Origin: Octopus bimaculoides | Taxonomy: Eukaryota | Length of the DNA stretch: 64,000 bases | Assembly: GCF_001194135.2 (NCBI RefSeq) | Contig: NC_068984.1 | Span: forward strand, 83,629,526-83,693,525 | Direction of reading: 5' to 3' | Shown here: positions 25,741 to 40,960 of the stretch, piece by piece | How the letters are laid out: every line of letters begins with the position of its first letter | Numbering within the stretch: position 1 is the first letter of the stretch | Program-made: the position numbers and the translations under genes | The notes under the pieces: generated by a model | Seen by the model: the letters and a program-made list of their open reading frames with translations, nothing else | Databases searched by the model: none | Told to the model about the DNA's origin: nothing

Positions 25741-26979
25741 GAAGTGATGACTATTTCTGAGTGGAAAATCTGAATACAAAATAAAAATTGCAGTATATTT
25801 TCTTACATAGATTTTTAATATAATTCCTTGCAGTTACCGTTTATTCAATGCATTCTAATTCATTTATTCCATTATGCTATCATTAAAGTACATTATGTAC
25901 ACTACATATAGACGCGCGTATCCGTAACCTATATGGAAATCATATGTATTCAGTTCTAATTACAAAAATACTTAATTAACAGTTTGAATGGAGTTCTGCA
26001 TTTCACATCTATTCTGGGCTTATCATAGCCTTTTCTTTTCAGGCCAACTAATTACTAGTTGAGTATCAGGCTACGCATTCTAACATACAGTGATTTACCT
26101 TATGCTGTACGGTGTGGCAGACCAGACATATTCCAATCTGCCTAAATAATGCCGAGTGTATTTTCGCTATTCTTTTTTCATGTTTGTTATTTTCGTAGCT
26201 TTTGTTTAACTCTATATTAGACTTGATCGAGTAGACATTTCATCGAAGGAGTTCCAGTCATAACTATCTCCTCTTTTTCTTTTTTTAAACACAATGTATA
26301 TAGGAATGTATTCTACAATGTTTCTTTTTTAAAGATGGTAGGTTCTGGTGATGTCCACGATAAAAGCGAGGAAATGTCATTCGTTTGAAGCGTTACAGTT
26401 CTTCCAATGTGCGTGTCATTGATTACGTGCACCTCAGCAGTATTGGGAACTAATAAATTTGCTAGTGTTTCAACTAGCTTTACGTGTATTTTCTTTTGCG
26501 TGTAGTATTATGAAATAGTAGTGTTCTGGGATGTTGTAGATATGCTTATGCTTGTGAGAAACGAAATAGGAAATGGGACTTTGTGGATTGCAATTTCCCG
26601 TAGAAACAAACTGCATACATTACAGTTCCAAGTGATGTTACATTGGAAGCATTTTTTCATCTTTCATGTATGAGTGGCTATGGTTTATATAAAACTTATA
26701 ACAATGTGAAATATTGATTTGTGTTCTTTGTGGTTTGTTGTGTTATTTTTATAAAAACAAGGACCTAAATTGGCCTAGTGTCATCTCCAATGGATTTTGT
26801 GTATCTTTATGTACTTGATTTTTATTACTCTGCGTTGAACAAACATGATGACCGTTTTGCTTTTTTCTATGAAATTTTTGTTTGCTGTGATATTGTGAAA
26901 ATGTTGTAGTATACCTTGAAAAGTATTATGTGAACATAATGTGTGTGTGTGTATGCGCGCACTATGATATGCCTATTTT

Positions 26980-28415
26980 ATATTACTATAATGGGCGTTA
27001 TTTCCGTCCGTCTGTCCCCTCTACACGGTCAAACGGCTGGACCAATGGTCACAGTGTCTTTTACGAAGGAGGTAATTAAGAAGGTTTTTAACGAAAAAAA
27101 TGTGGAAAAGTATGATTATTTAGCGGATATTGAGTTTTGTATTAATAAATCACCTTTGATTTTTTTTTATGTTAAAATTCCGGCGACGAGGATTAACTCT
27201 GGATTTCCCCCTCTCTCTCCCCACCCCGTATAGTTCGTGAATTTAGAGGGTTTAGATCTGCGATACTATCCTTTTATTTCCCATCGTAGATGGGCAGATT
27301 TGCCATGTTACTATAATGGGCGTTATGTCCGTCTCTCTGTCTGTTCGTTTCTTTGTCTGTTCTCTCTTCACGGCCAGACGGCTGGATCAGTGGTTACGAT
27401 ATTTTTCGGGATTACAAAGATGGTTGTCAGGAAGGTCTTCAGCATTAAAAAGTCAGAAAGTATGATTATTTCGTGGATATCGATTTTTGAATTGATAAAC
27501 CACCTTCGCATTTTTATTAAAAATTCACTGACCACGAGTAACTCTGGATTTTCATCGTATAGTTCGTGGCCCCGTTGTAGATACGAAGTGGGTCGCGAGG
27601 ACGGTTAATAGCGAAAATAAAATGGAAAAAGTGTGTATCATTATTTAGTGTGTGTGATTATTTAGTGGTTATTGGAGTGTGTCAGTCTTGAGCAGGATTC
27701 GAAACAGCTAATCGAAGCGGCTGTTATTTAAATCTCAGTTTAGTCAATCAAAATAACCCATGGTACCAGAACATCCAGACATTATTCGCATAGAACAGTG
27801 AGAGGTAAGTCTTAGTTTGATTCTTTGCAACCCTAAAGATTCCGCTCGCGCATTCACAGCAAACAAGGCACAGGGCCAGACTTTAGATCGTGTAGGTGTA
27901 TTTTTACCCGCTCCGGGTTATACGTCACTATGAGTAGAGCAACGGACTCCAGTAATTTGAAAATTAGTATCGACCAAACAGAAAGTATCGTCTACAAAGA
28001 AGTTTTGTAATCATATTGATATTACCGAAAGGAATAGGATTCATAATTTGAATAGGTAAATTTGTGAACTTTGAATGTATAAGAGTATAAACAAGCGTAA
28101 AATAGTGTAAACAACTAAAATTAAAGTATATCTAAATTACATATTTATTAATTGGTCGAAGGGAGCTCTGGCGTTCGTTTAGTGTGGTCCACATAATCAT
28201 TAATGATACAGAGGCTGTATTATTAGCATGTCACTTAATCGCAAACACATGTTATATAGCTGCAATAGAACGTTGTATCTCCAACAATAATGTGATTTCG
28301 CTAAGGCATCACCCAATAATCTATCAACTCCATTTACATATTTCTCTATACATACTGCTGTTGTGACTTCCCTCCCTCATTTTATGCCTCCATTGTAGAT
28401 GGGTAGATTTGCTAG
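26980..28415 (+). mobile_element. Tandem or nested cluster of non-autonomous Helitron pieces with a PIF1 helicase remnant
   Basis: Two homologous 5' segments start at 26980 and 27305. AFTANKAQGQTLDRVGVFLP...LYVTMSR...IVYKEVL* lies at 27850-28010. 3' ends: hairpin plus TTAG|T at 28182, and CTAG|T at 28415. Confidence 0.75.
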
Positions 28416-30232
28416 TTAAAAGTAATGATTGGTTTTATTTAAAGTTCTCTAATGTTTCTGATAAGTTCATTGGCGTCTTAAAAAAAAAACGAACACATAG
28501 AGAAATGTAGTCCCTGATATACAAAAGACGGAATGGTGGTGGCTGGAACTTCTTTGATGATATGTCAGCTTGATCAGGACTGATTTAGACTTAAACAACA
28601 ACATCAATAATACAAACATCAACATACCATTGCTATCAACATTATCATCAACATCATCAGCAACAACAAGATCAACAACTTTGTATTCTTTTCTTGTTTT
28701 GTTTTGTTTTAAAACTGTTTAACGAAGAAAATCTCCTTCAAACATGCACATGTGCAATGATGACACAAACACAAGTTTCACGAATGAAGAACAAATTTAT
28801 TGAAAATAATCAACGAAATAATAAACATTATTAATATCACTATTATTATTATCATCATCATAAACACTGTTTATCAACTATTCATGCATGTATATAATAT
28901 ACAAAATAAGACAACACCAGCATGCATTACAAACAACATCGATGAGTTGAACTGCGTTCGATGACAAAGACTAAATCTATATACAGGGAGAGAGGTATCT
29001 CTTCAAACTACGCGGGTAAAGCTGCTCAGTGTATTTGTTCAATTTGAACTACATACTATGACAAAGACAACACAAACGTAAGTTAAAAGGAGAGGTTCAT
29101 TTAATATATAACGAGAGATAAAAACTGGATTTCTTTTATTTTTCATTCTTTGCTAGATTGCGAGAGAGGAAAGGTGCAGCAATGTGTAGCAAACATGTAA
29201 TGATATTCTCTACAGGAAAAAATATTACTAAGATAAAGTAGACTGTGCTGTGTCAACGGGAGAAAACTAAAGCAAGCTTTTCTAGTGTTATCTTGAGAAA
29301 GCCAGTAGAAATGTATAAATCTACAGTAGAGATATAGAATAAGAATAATTATGATAAAACTGCTAGGGCTAAAGTGTGTACTGTTATGGACTGTTTTGAC
29401 TATGAAACGCAATATATTACTAGTGCTCATTAGAAAACCGCATAAAGCAAATAATATATGCCAAACTACACAACATTCAACCATATTCAGATATTAGTCT
29501 TGTTCACAACATATGAGCTTATTCATAATGCTGTATGCAGCCACACATATAGATACACACGCGCACGCACGCACGCACACACGCACACGCACACACACAT
29601 ACATATATCAAAATCAACCTATTATTAAATAATATAACTCCGACTAAAGTGCTAGTTGCTACTTTCATTTGCATACATACATACGTACGTAAATACATAT
29701 ATATACATACATACATAAATACATACATACATACATACATACATACATACATACATACATACATACATACATACATAGCCATATTTATTCACAAGATAAC
29801 ACATTTTTCACATATTTACGATAAGCGCTATTGCAGTCTCTTCATTGATTTAAACAACACTCAATAAACCATCAGGAAAGTGTTGTGTGTGTGTGTATAT
29901 ATATATGTGTGTGTGTGTATATATATGTGTGTGTGTGTGTATATATATATGTGTGTGTGTATATATATATATATGTGTGTGCGTGTGTGTGTTTGTGTGT
30001 GTATGTATCAACATATAAATGTAGATGTATAGATAGAATTACAGATAACTATACACCCACGACGTGCACGCACATCCTCTCTCTCTCACACACACACACA
30101 TATGAATGTTTGCATATATCAGTATCTATAGATATAGATATAGATATATATTTATGTAAAAATATATAAATGTATGTGTGTATGTATGTATATAGATACA
30201 TATATATACATATATATATATATGTATGTATG

Positions 30233-30286
<54 letters not shown>

Positions 30287-30412
30287 NNNNNNNNNNNNNN
30301 NNNNNNNNNNNNNNNNNNNNNNNNNNNNNNNNNNNNNNNNNNNNNNNNNNNNNNNNNNNNNNNNNNNNNNNNNNNNNNNNNNNNNNNNNNNNNNNNNNNN
30401 NNNNNNNNNNNN

Positions 30413-30485
<73 letters not shown>

Positions 30486-31040
30486 GTCTGTGTGTGTCTG
30501 TGTGTGTCTGTGTGTCTGTATGTGTGTGTAGGTTTTTTTCAGTTCGGTTTTAATAGTCTGATGTCCTTATCGAGTGATTATTTATGCAGTCAGTCAAAAA
30601 AATGAAATAATTAAAGCAGTACCAGATTGCAGAAATTCGTAATGGCGTTGAGTGCCGTTTTATTAAGAGGTACAATTCCATTCCAACCCATATTCCTATT
30701 TCTAGTTATTGCATTTTACTTCACATTATGCTCTCAGCGATTTTGCAAAGGCATGAAAGTTACGACTTTTTTTTCTCTTACGTAACATGCAGGTCTCGTA
30801 TGCCGAAATATCAAATGTCAAAGCGTAGTTTTGTCCAACACTGTTAGTGTGTGTGTGCTGCACTTTTTGGTACAGTGCCGCAGTGACTCCATCCACAGAT
30901 TTCTAAAAACTAATATGGACTAACTTGTATCAGTTTTTGAATGTTTGATAAAAACAGCGATGCATATGAGACCCAGACAAACACACGCAAACACTCGCAA
31001 ACTCACACATACATATGCACGTACACAAATCACTGCACAT

Positions 31041-31074
<34 letters not shown>

Positions 31075-31861
31075 ATATACTTATATATATATATATGTGT
31101 GTGTTTGTGTACATATATATAAATCATACGCACATATATATATATATATATATTTATATACGTATATGTATATACAGATGCACATACATATATATATATA
31201 CATACACATACATATACATACATACATATACACACATACGTACAAACACATATATATGTGTAGATATAGATATATAGATATATATATATATATATATTGC
31301 AACTACTACTACCACAACTATTACAAATAGAATTCAGTTTTTTTATGTCATGAGAGAAAAGTGTACTTATTTTGGTTTCTGTTTGCATGCTTGTATGTAC
31401 GAGAGATGTTTCTGATGTTTCTTAAGGTGGTGGTCTTCTGGAGTATATCTGTAACGGTATCTGTAATGTTCTTGTTGATTTGTTGGTGGGTGGTTGCTGC
31501 AGTTGTAGTTGTGAAGGTGGTTGTTGGTTGTAGTGCATGAGGTAGTTGTGGCTGTTATGGTCGTCGTGGTAGTTGTGGTAGTGGAGGTAGTTTTGGTTGC
31601 TGTAGTGGTTGTAGTGATAGTAGTAAAACTTTGGGTAAAATAGCTAAAACAAAGAAGCTAAGGTCGGATAATGTGACTTTTAACATAAACAATGACATAC
31701 TTAACTTTAAAACCAAGAGAAATTCAATGTTTGTGACATTCATGCCCTTGATGATAACATTTCCGAAGTACGTGAAGCGGTGTGATAAAATGGCCGACAT
31801 CTTGAATCAAGGGTGCTTGTATGGAAATTGTCCTCTGTTCTGCAACACTCAACACAATAAT

Positions 31862-32575
31862 AAGAATGGTTCCAAATTTTGGCACAAGGCCAGCAATTTT
31901 TAAGGAAAGCAGAGTTAGTCGATTACATCGACCCCAGTGCTCAACTGGTACTTATTCTATCGACCCCGAAAGGATGAAAGGCAAAGTTGACCCCGATGAT
32001 ATTTGAACTCAGAACGTAAAAAGTCGGAAGAAAAGTCGGAAGAAAAGTCGGAAGAAAAGTCGGAAGAAAAGTCGCTAAGCATGGTGTCCGACCCGATAAC
32101 GGTTCTGCCAACTCACCGCCTTTAATAATTCTTTCTAATTTTGGCACGAGGGCAGAATCTTTGAGGAAAGCAGCAAGTGATTACAGCTTAACTAGTGCTT
32201 ATTTTATCGATCCCAAAGGATGAAAGGCAAAGTTAACCTCGGCGAGATTTGAACTCAGAATATACAGAAGCGGAAGAAATACCGCTAAGCATTTTGTCCG
32301 ACGATTATGCCAGCTTATAACATGACACTTCCTTTATATATTTTTTGCGATTATCACTGCTGCTCCTAAGGCGGCAAGTGCCTCGGACAAAATGGTAAGT
32401 AGTATTTCTTCTGAGATTTTACGTTTAGCGTTCAAATCACGCCGAGATCGACTTTGTCTTTCATCATTCCGGGGTCGATAAGATGGAATACCAGTTAAGT
32501 ACTGGAGTCTATGTAATCGACTACACTCATTCCCTAAAACAGTTAGCCTTGTGTCAAAATTTGAAACAGTTATTA
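31862..32575. mobile_element. Cluster of three family-A SINEs (31862-32120 -, 32125-32310 -, 32365-32575 +)
   Basis: Shared ...gagttcaaat...gtcgactttgcctttcatcctttcggggtcgat...gtaccag core, resembling a Deu/Nin-type SINE domain as I recall it. Confidence 0.85.
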
Positions 32576-33097
32576 CAGCAGTTGTGTATTCTTCTTTTGT
32601 TATTACAGTCAATTTAAAAGTAGACGTGATTATTGAAATTGTTTCTCTTTAGCTGTTGTCAAACCTATCAGTAGTATTAGTAGTAGTAGTAGTAGTAGTA
32701 AATTTTGTTGTTGCTTAAGCTCAAGTCTAACCTGTTGGAGTATACTTATAATCAAAAGTACTCCATTCGTGACCATTGCATTTATTGGATTGAACTATGT
32801 AATGTATCCATTCTTTATCATTCAACACGCTAGGGTGTGATTTGAATGAGTTTCCGCTACTATTTCTAACAGTTTGAGAGACATCATGAAGGTGGCTCGT
32901 TGATTCATATTTGTTGTTCTGGCAGTCGTCTTTATGTTGTTGCTGTTATTACTGTTGCTGTCTATATATTTTTTGTCATTGGCAATACAGGTGTAGTTGC
33001 TGATGCAGATGCTGCTATTCCATCTGCAAATGTCTATAGATGGAGCAGCTGTTATACATTTTTAATGACATTCAAGAAAAATTGCAATACATAGGGA

Positions 33098-33140
<43 letters not shown>

Positions 33141-34163
33141 CACACACACACACACACACTCACACACACGGAAATATGCATATGCATATATCTATATGAA
33201 AATAGATATATATATAGGCTTGTACATATAGGTGGAGGGAGAGAAATGACGAACAATAAAAGCAACAAGACAGGATTAATAAATTCATGGATCAAAATTA
33301 TTTTCATACTTGAAGAAACGGAAGCGAACAACGTATATATNNNNNNNNNNNNNNNNNNNNNNNNNNNNNNNNNNNNNNNNNNNNNNNNNNNNNNNNNNNN
33401 NNNNNNNNNNNNNNNNNNNNNNNNNNNNNNNNNNNNNNNNNNNNNNNNNNNNNNNNNNNNNNNNNNNNNNNNNNNNNNNNNNNNNNNNNNNNNNNNNNNN
33501 NNNNNNNNNNNNNNNNNNNNNNNNNNNNNNNNNNNNNNNNNNNNNNNNNNNNNNNNNNNNNNNNNNNNNNNNNNNNNNNNNNNNNNNNNNNNNNNNNNNN
33601 NNNNNNNNNNNNNNNNNNNNNNNNNNNNNNNNNNNNNNNNNNNNNNNNNNNNNNNNNNNNNNNNNNNNNNNNNNNNNNNNNNNNNNNNNNNNNNNNNNNN
33701 NNNNNNNNNNNNNNNNNNNNNNNNNNNNNNNNNNNNNNNNNNNNNNNNNNNNNNNNNNNNNNNNNNNNNNNNNNNNNNNNNNNNNNNNNNNNNNNNNNNN
33801 NNNNNNNNNNNNNNNNNNNNNNNNNNNNNNNNNNNNNNNNNNNNNNNNNNNNNNNNNNNNNNNNNNNNNNNNNNNNNNNNNNNNNNNNNNNNNNNNNNNN
33901 NNNNNNNNNNNNNNNNNNNNNNNNNNNNNNNNNNNNNNNNNNNNNNNNNNNNNNNNNNNNNNNNNNNNNNNNNNNNNNNNNNNNNNNNNNNNNNNNNNNN
34001 NNNNNNNNNNNNNNNNNNNNNNNNNNNNNNNNNNNNNNNNNNNNNNNNNNNNNNNNNNNNNNNNNNNNNNNNNNNNNNNNNNNNNNNNNNNNNNNNNNNN
34101 NNNNNNNNNNNNNNNNNNNNNNNNNNNNNNNNNNNNNNNNNNNNNNNNNNNNNNNNNNNNNNN

Positions 34164-34244
<81 letters not shown>

Positions 34245-34645
34245 CTGTGTTTCTGTGTCTGTGTGTGTAGTAATGCGCGCTTATATGCACAGGTATACAT
34301 ACAATATTCAAAATTCTGAGAGAAGTGTATAATAAAATGATCAAGTGTAGCATATCAATATTAAATAAACAGCATCGTGCCAAGGTGAAGGGTAATGGAA
34401 ACGACGGCAAGAGGTAAATGTGCATGAAGACTTTATTCTAATTAATTTCGGTCATTGTCTCCTCGGATAAACACAGAGCTAGCTAGCTAGCTTGGAAACA
34501 AGCCAGCAAGATATGTGATGAAAACGAAATGTCGAACTATAACAAGGTGTATTATATGTGTTATTATATATATTATATATATTATACACATATATATTAT
34601 ATTTGTGTATACATACATATATATATGCATATATATACACATATG

Positions 34646-34691
<46 letters not shown>

Positions 34692-35553
34692 TATATATAT
34701 ACATATGAAAGCAATAGTTTAAAGGTTTATGAAATCTGCTTAGGTCATTTTGATTTCTTCATCCTTGAAGAGATCAGAACTACCGAAACGTTATAAACCT
34801 AAAACTACTCTTCAATTATATTAATATATTTGACTCCACTTCCCAAAGTTTTCACTACTTTAGGTCATTTTGGGGATGTATTATTTGTTCTCGCGCTCAA
34901 GCACATCATTTATATAAACAGAAACTTTAAAATCGTACATAAATTTATAAGGACACAAAAGAATTAAACAGGGTGCATTTNNNNNNNNNNNNNNNNNNNN
35001 NNNNNNNNNNNNNNNNNNNNNNNNNNNNNNNNNNNNNNNNNNNNNNNNNNNNNNNNNNNNNNNNNNNNNNNNNNNNNNNNNNNNNNNNNNNNNNNNNNNN
35101 NNNNNNNNNNNNNNNNNNNNNNNNNNNNNNNNNNNNNNNNNNNNNNNNNNNNNNNNNNNNNNNNNNNNNNNNNNNNNNNNNNNNNNNNNNNNNNNNNNNN
35201 NNNNNNNNNNNNNNNNNNNNNNNNNNNNNNNNNNNNNNNNNNNNNNNNNNNNNNNNNNNNNNNNNNNNNNNNNNNNNNNNNNNNNNNNNNNNNNNNNNNN
35301 NNNNNNNNNNNNNNNNNNNNNNNNNNNNNNNNNNNNNNNNNNNNNNNNNNNNNNNNNNNNNNNNNNNNNNNNNNNNNNNNNNNNNNNNNNNNNNNNNNNN
35401 NNNNNNNNNNNNNNNNNNNNNNNNNNNNNNNNNNNNNNNNNNNNNNNNNNNNNNNNNNNNNNNNNNNNNNNNNNNNNNNNNNNNNNNNNNNNNNNNNTAC
35501 CGCAAGGTATTTTGACAGAGAATCTCTTATCTGTGTCACTCTATCACCTTTGA

Positions 35554-35630
<77 letters not shown>

Positions 35631-35856
35631 TAATAATAATTATCATAAAGTTTAAAGTCATCTGAATGAAGTCTAAATGTCGTTCATAGTTAATAATGAT
35701 ACCTTGTTTATGCTTGAATATGAAAATCGTGTGGAGATATACGATAGCAATGATATTTCCATATTTTGTTGAAGCAACAAGCAAAATAAACTGGAGGGAT
35801 CGAAAGTCTTTAATCAATAGTCTAAAATTGTAATTAGTTTATAATTAAGCAATCGG

Positions 35857-35914
<58 letters not shown>

Positions 35915-38193
35915 CATATGCATACATACATAAATATAGTTCATGAATATTCTGCTAGTTAAAGTTAGAATATATTAGAAGACAACATTAATGACATGAT
36001 TTATATGAATACGAAGCAAAAAGTATAAAAAGAAGGAAAAACAGAAATTTACTGAACAGACATCGAAATAATGGAAGGCGTGACAAGTAACGAATGACGA
36101 GACAGACTTTGTAACCATGGTGGTTACAACAGACAACAATATATTGAAATGAGGGGAAAAAATAAGAGAAAATGTGTTGGGTTTTTTTTTAGTATTTTCT
36201 TAGTATTTATTATTTCATTGTTTTGCGATTTTTTTTTTTCAGAAATTATCAGTGGGGTTTTTGCTTTCATTTTTTTTTTTTTTCTATTTAATTCCGTTTC
36301 ACTCACTCACTCTTTCAAGCTATCAACCTGTCTTATACACGCAACATTTGTAAAACAAACGCACACAACAGAGCACATTCATAAAATCTTAAGAGTATAA
36401 TATTTACATGTTGAAATATTTACATGTAGCAAACGCTACACAATGTCTTCTTTGACGTACGCATAAGACCATGGACAAGTAGAACCATTCACAAACATTA
36501 AAATGCAACATAACAACAAAGAACATGTTATCCCATAAACATGCCACCCTAAGGCAATAATCATAAGGAAGAATTCTTTGAATTTTTCTTTGCTATATCA
36601 TAATAGTATTTTCATGTCTTACATGTGTTTTATTTGTCGTAATGAACTTAAAGAATGAGTGAAAGCTATCCTATAACTTTTAATTTCATACTTATCTAAA
36701 ACTAGAAACTGAAGTGCCAAAATAAAATGATGTATTAGTTTTTGATGATTTGAAGTAAAAATACCTAATTAATAGTCAATTTTTTTAAACTTTCAAATTA
36801 AGATATAAATTTCTGGAACCCAAGGTTTCATGCTAACGAAATCGGTATTTATTAAATCAGGATTCAAGTTCCAAATAACGCTCTGCTATTGTATCTGATA
36901 TTCCACCATTGTAGCCACGTACATAGGGGATGAAGTCATTATTCGGGATTTGAATTCTGATTGAAAAGATTACATTCCTCGTAATAAAATCGTGTGTTGC
37001 AGAAATTTAATATAAATTCTTTCAAAAAGATTTGTTTATCCATCTTCCAAGTGCTGAATTTTCATTTTTGCAGTTCATTACTAAAGTGTGTGAACATATA
37101 TATATATATATATATANNNNNNNNNNNNNNNNNNNNNNNNNNNNNNNNNNNNNNNNNNNNNNNNNNNNNNNNNNNNNNNNNNNNNNNNNNNNNNNNNNNN
37201 NNNNNNNNNNNNNNNNNNNNNNNNNNNNNNNNNNNNNNNNNNNNNNNNNNTTTTTTTTTTTTTTTTTTTTTAAATATTTATATTTATATTCATATTTATA
37301 TCTATATTTATATTTATATTTATATATATATGCATGTATGTATATATATATATATACATATATATATACATATATGCATATATATATATATATACATATG
37401 TATATATATATATATATATACATACATATAAATATATACATATATATATATACACATATATATATATACATACATATTTATAAGTGCGTGTGCAAGTGTG
37501 TGTGCAAATGCGTGTGAGAGTGTTTGCTTATGTTCGAGTGTGTGTGTTTGATCAGATCTGTAATTGCAAAGGTTAGGAAGATTACTTAGGTAATAAAATT
37601 TGCTTAAATCACATAAATAACTAGTTAATTAATGCATACTATACTGGCTCTGATGAATGTTATATACAACCCTCGCACACCAGAACTAATGCATCAGAAA
37701 AGTTTGAAAAAGAACATTGAATGAAATGCAAATTTGTTTTTAAAAAATTGTAAAAATTGAAAATGTAGGTACATGAGAGTGTGTGTCTAAATATGAGTAT
37801 ANNNNNNNNNNNNNNNNNNNNNNNNNNNNNNNNNNNNNNNNNNNNNNNNNNNNNNNNNNNNNNNNNNNNNNNNNNNNNNNNNNNNNNNNNNNNNNNNNNN
37901 NNNNNNNNNNNNNNNNNNNNNNNNNNNNNNNNNNNNNNNNNNNNNNNNNNNNNNNNNNNNNNNNNNNNNNNNNNNNNNNNNNNNNNNNNNNNNNNNNNNN
38001 NNNNNNNNNNNNNNNNNNNNNNNNNNNNNNNNNNNNNNNNNNNNNNNNNNNNNNNNNNNNNNNNNNNNNNNNNNNNNNNNNNNNNNNNNNNNNNNNNNNN
38101 NNNNNNNNNNNNNNNNNNNNNNNNNNNNNNNNNNNNNNNNNNNNNNNNNNNNNNNNNNNNNNNNNNNNNNNNNNNNNNNNNNNNNNNNNNNNN

Positions 38194-38311
38194 AGAAGAA
38201 GAAGAAGAAGAAGAAGAAGAAGAAGAAGAAGAAGAAGAAGAAGAAGAAGAAGAAGAAGAAGAAGAAGAAGAAGAAGAAGAAGAAGAAGAAGAAGAAGAAG
38301 AAGAAGAAGAA
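38194..38311. repeat. (AAG)n microsatellite abutting a gap
   Basis: Direct reading. Confidence 0.95.
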
Positions 38312-39079
38312 TGATAAATACAAAAGACCGAAATGGGGAATGTATTGAATATATGGTAGAAGGTGGGGAAAATAATGGGATGAAAATAAATATGGATGGA
38401 AGTTTGTTGAATAATTGTGTAGGGGTGGGGATGATAATGAAGTTTAGTTTACATTTGATGCTTAGAATTATTCTAGCGGTTTATAAAGTTATGAAAGTAA
38501 AGTCCCTAAATTTGAAATGGAATATATGTTAGCAACGGATAGTATTTGGGAGAACTGAGAAAAAAGTGGTATTACAAAGTTAATGTCGAGCTATTTCAGC
38601 AGAATATCTAAAAATTAAAAATTTTAATTGATATCTTAAAATGAGTAAATGTTAGTTATAAAGATGTAAAAAATTCCAATATTAATAAGCTAGAAAATCT
38701 GAAGTTATTTTTAAAGATCGCTACAAAATTTGTATTGGAATAAATATTCAATTTAAAGTGGGATTAACTGTACAACTTATATATGGAATAGAAATTTATA
38801 TCAATATTAAAGAGAATAATCATTTCTTTTCTATCCACAATTACTTTACTTTCACATGTTAATTATTTTCACAAGTTTTCTCTTTATCCACGCATGCATA
38901 TGTATGTATGTAGTATGTATGCATGTATGTATGTATGTATGTATTTTATATATATACATATCTATATATGTGTAGTATATATATGCATATATATATATAT
39001 ATTTATTATATATATGTGTATGTATATGTATATGAAGAGAGAGAGAATGAGAGTGATAAACACATATATATATGCGTGA

Positions 39080-39164
<85 letters not shown>

Positions 39165-39352
39165 CGCATACATATATATATGTAATCTGTGTGTGTTTGT
39201 GTGTGTGTTAGTGTGTGTGATATTTCGTTAGAAAAGCAGCGACTACACGCAGGATAAAAAAAATTATACCAGATTGTTAAGTGAAGTTAAATTATTACAC
39301 TCATATGCACAAGTGTATGTGTATGTGTGTTTGTATGTATGTATATATATAT

Positions 39353-39423
<71 letters not shown>

Positions 39424-40074
39424 TACATATATGTGTGTGTATGTATATATTTATATATGTGTGTGTTTGTGTATACATACATACAAACACACATACACAG
39501 ACACACACACACAGCTAAAAAAAAATCAGAAATAGCGACACTTAGTGGTTTTGCGTTTTTTTTTTCCCCCGTATTTTACCAATTCTCAAATAAATGAATC
39601 AAACAATCTTATGAAAGAAAAATTTTTTAAAAACACTTAAATCGTTAGATAAACAAGTTTACAAGAGGAAAACCTTTTAATATAGTTGGAGCGTGTGACA
39701 GAATTATACTAAACTGTCCGATATGCACCTGCTAGCCATGTTGGTTTCGATTTTAGAACAACGAAAATAACGAATTATTTAATGCACGGAAACAATACAA
39801 AACTGCTTTGATTTTATCAATATGTTACGCGAGTAACTGGTTTTCGACGGTTTGGCGTTCAAAATATTTCAGACAATATTTCGGTTAATGGCGACAAAAA
39901 AATTATTTGTTTATTTGTTTATCTCATACGGCCATATAGGATTGTTTTATTCATTCCTTTTACTCTTTGAGAACCGTAAAACGTGAAATTTAAAGTTGCA
40001 ATTTCTGAAATGTCAGTTCCGAGTTCTTTCTATCCCTGGATTGCTTTGCGTTATTGGTTATCTCTTACCTCTGA

Positions 40075-40139
<65 letters not shown>

Positions 40140-40298
40140 ATGTATGTATGTATGTTTGCATTATGTATGAATGTATGTATACACACATACATACAAACAT
40201 ACATACATGAATATACACTCACATATATGTGTATATATGTATGTATATGCTATGTACATATCCACATATATATATACATAGATATATATATGTATATA

Positions 40299-40417
<119 letters not shown>

Positions 40418-40960
40418 GTATACATATATACATACACACACAGACTCACATACACACACACACACACACATACACACACACATACACATTGCAAATTTGT
40501 TAAAGCTGGAGTTGTTAGAATTCAGATATGAACACATTCGGTTGATAGTTGTACAATCATTAAGAAAGAAGAACAAGTATATATTAAATGTGTTGCATTT
40601 TGTAAATACAAAAAGATTTGGTGCAGAATTAGCGGAGTGCTTCCGTAAAACTACAAAATTTGCTGCAAGACAAACTACAAATGGCGTTCTCCATCTGATT
40701 GGATTGTTCCTCAGCCCCTTCCCCTTTTCTAAATCTTTGATGACACTTACACTTTGCTAGCTGCTTAGATTGAATATTATTCAATACAAGCGTTCGTATA
40801 AGCGCCAATCGATGTAAAAGTTCCAATCAGTACCCTTGAATGAATGTAAATGTTCAAAAATGTGTCATGTGATGTGATTGATAATCACCGTAAGAAAATG
40901 TTGATAATTAAATGCCATTCGAAGTTAAATGTTCGATTAAACCTCACCTAGTGTGAAGTG

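Noticed and set aside
31555-31800. 81-aa minus-strand ORF (MSAILSHRF...)
   Set aside because: No recognisable domain and no convincing splice partners; it ends in low-complexity sequence.
34755-34800. Hammerhead-like TTGAAGA...CCGAAACGTT
   Set aside because: The core is altered (U for C3), and neither stem I nor stem II pairs.
36109-36129. 9-bp perfect hairpin TTGTAACCA-TGG-TGGTTACAA
   Set aside because: About one such short-loop inverted repeat is expected by chance in 64 kb.
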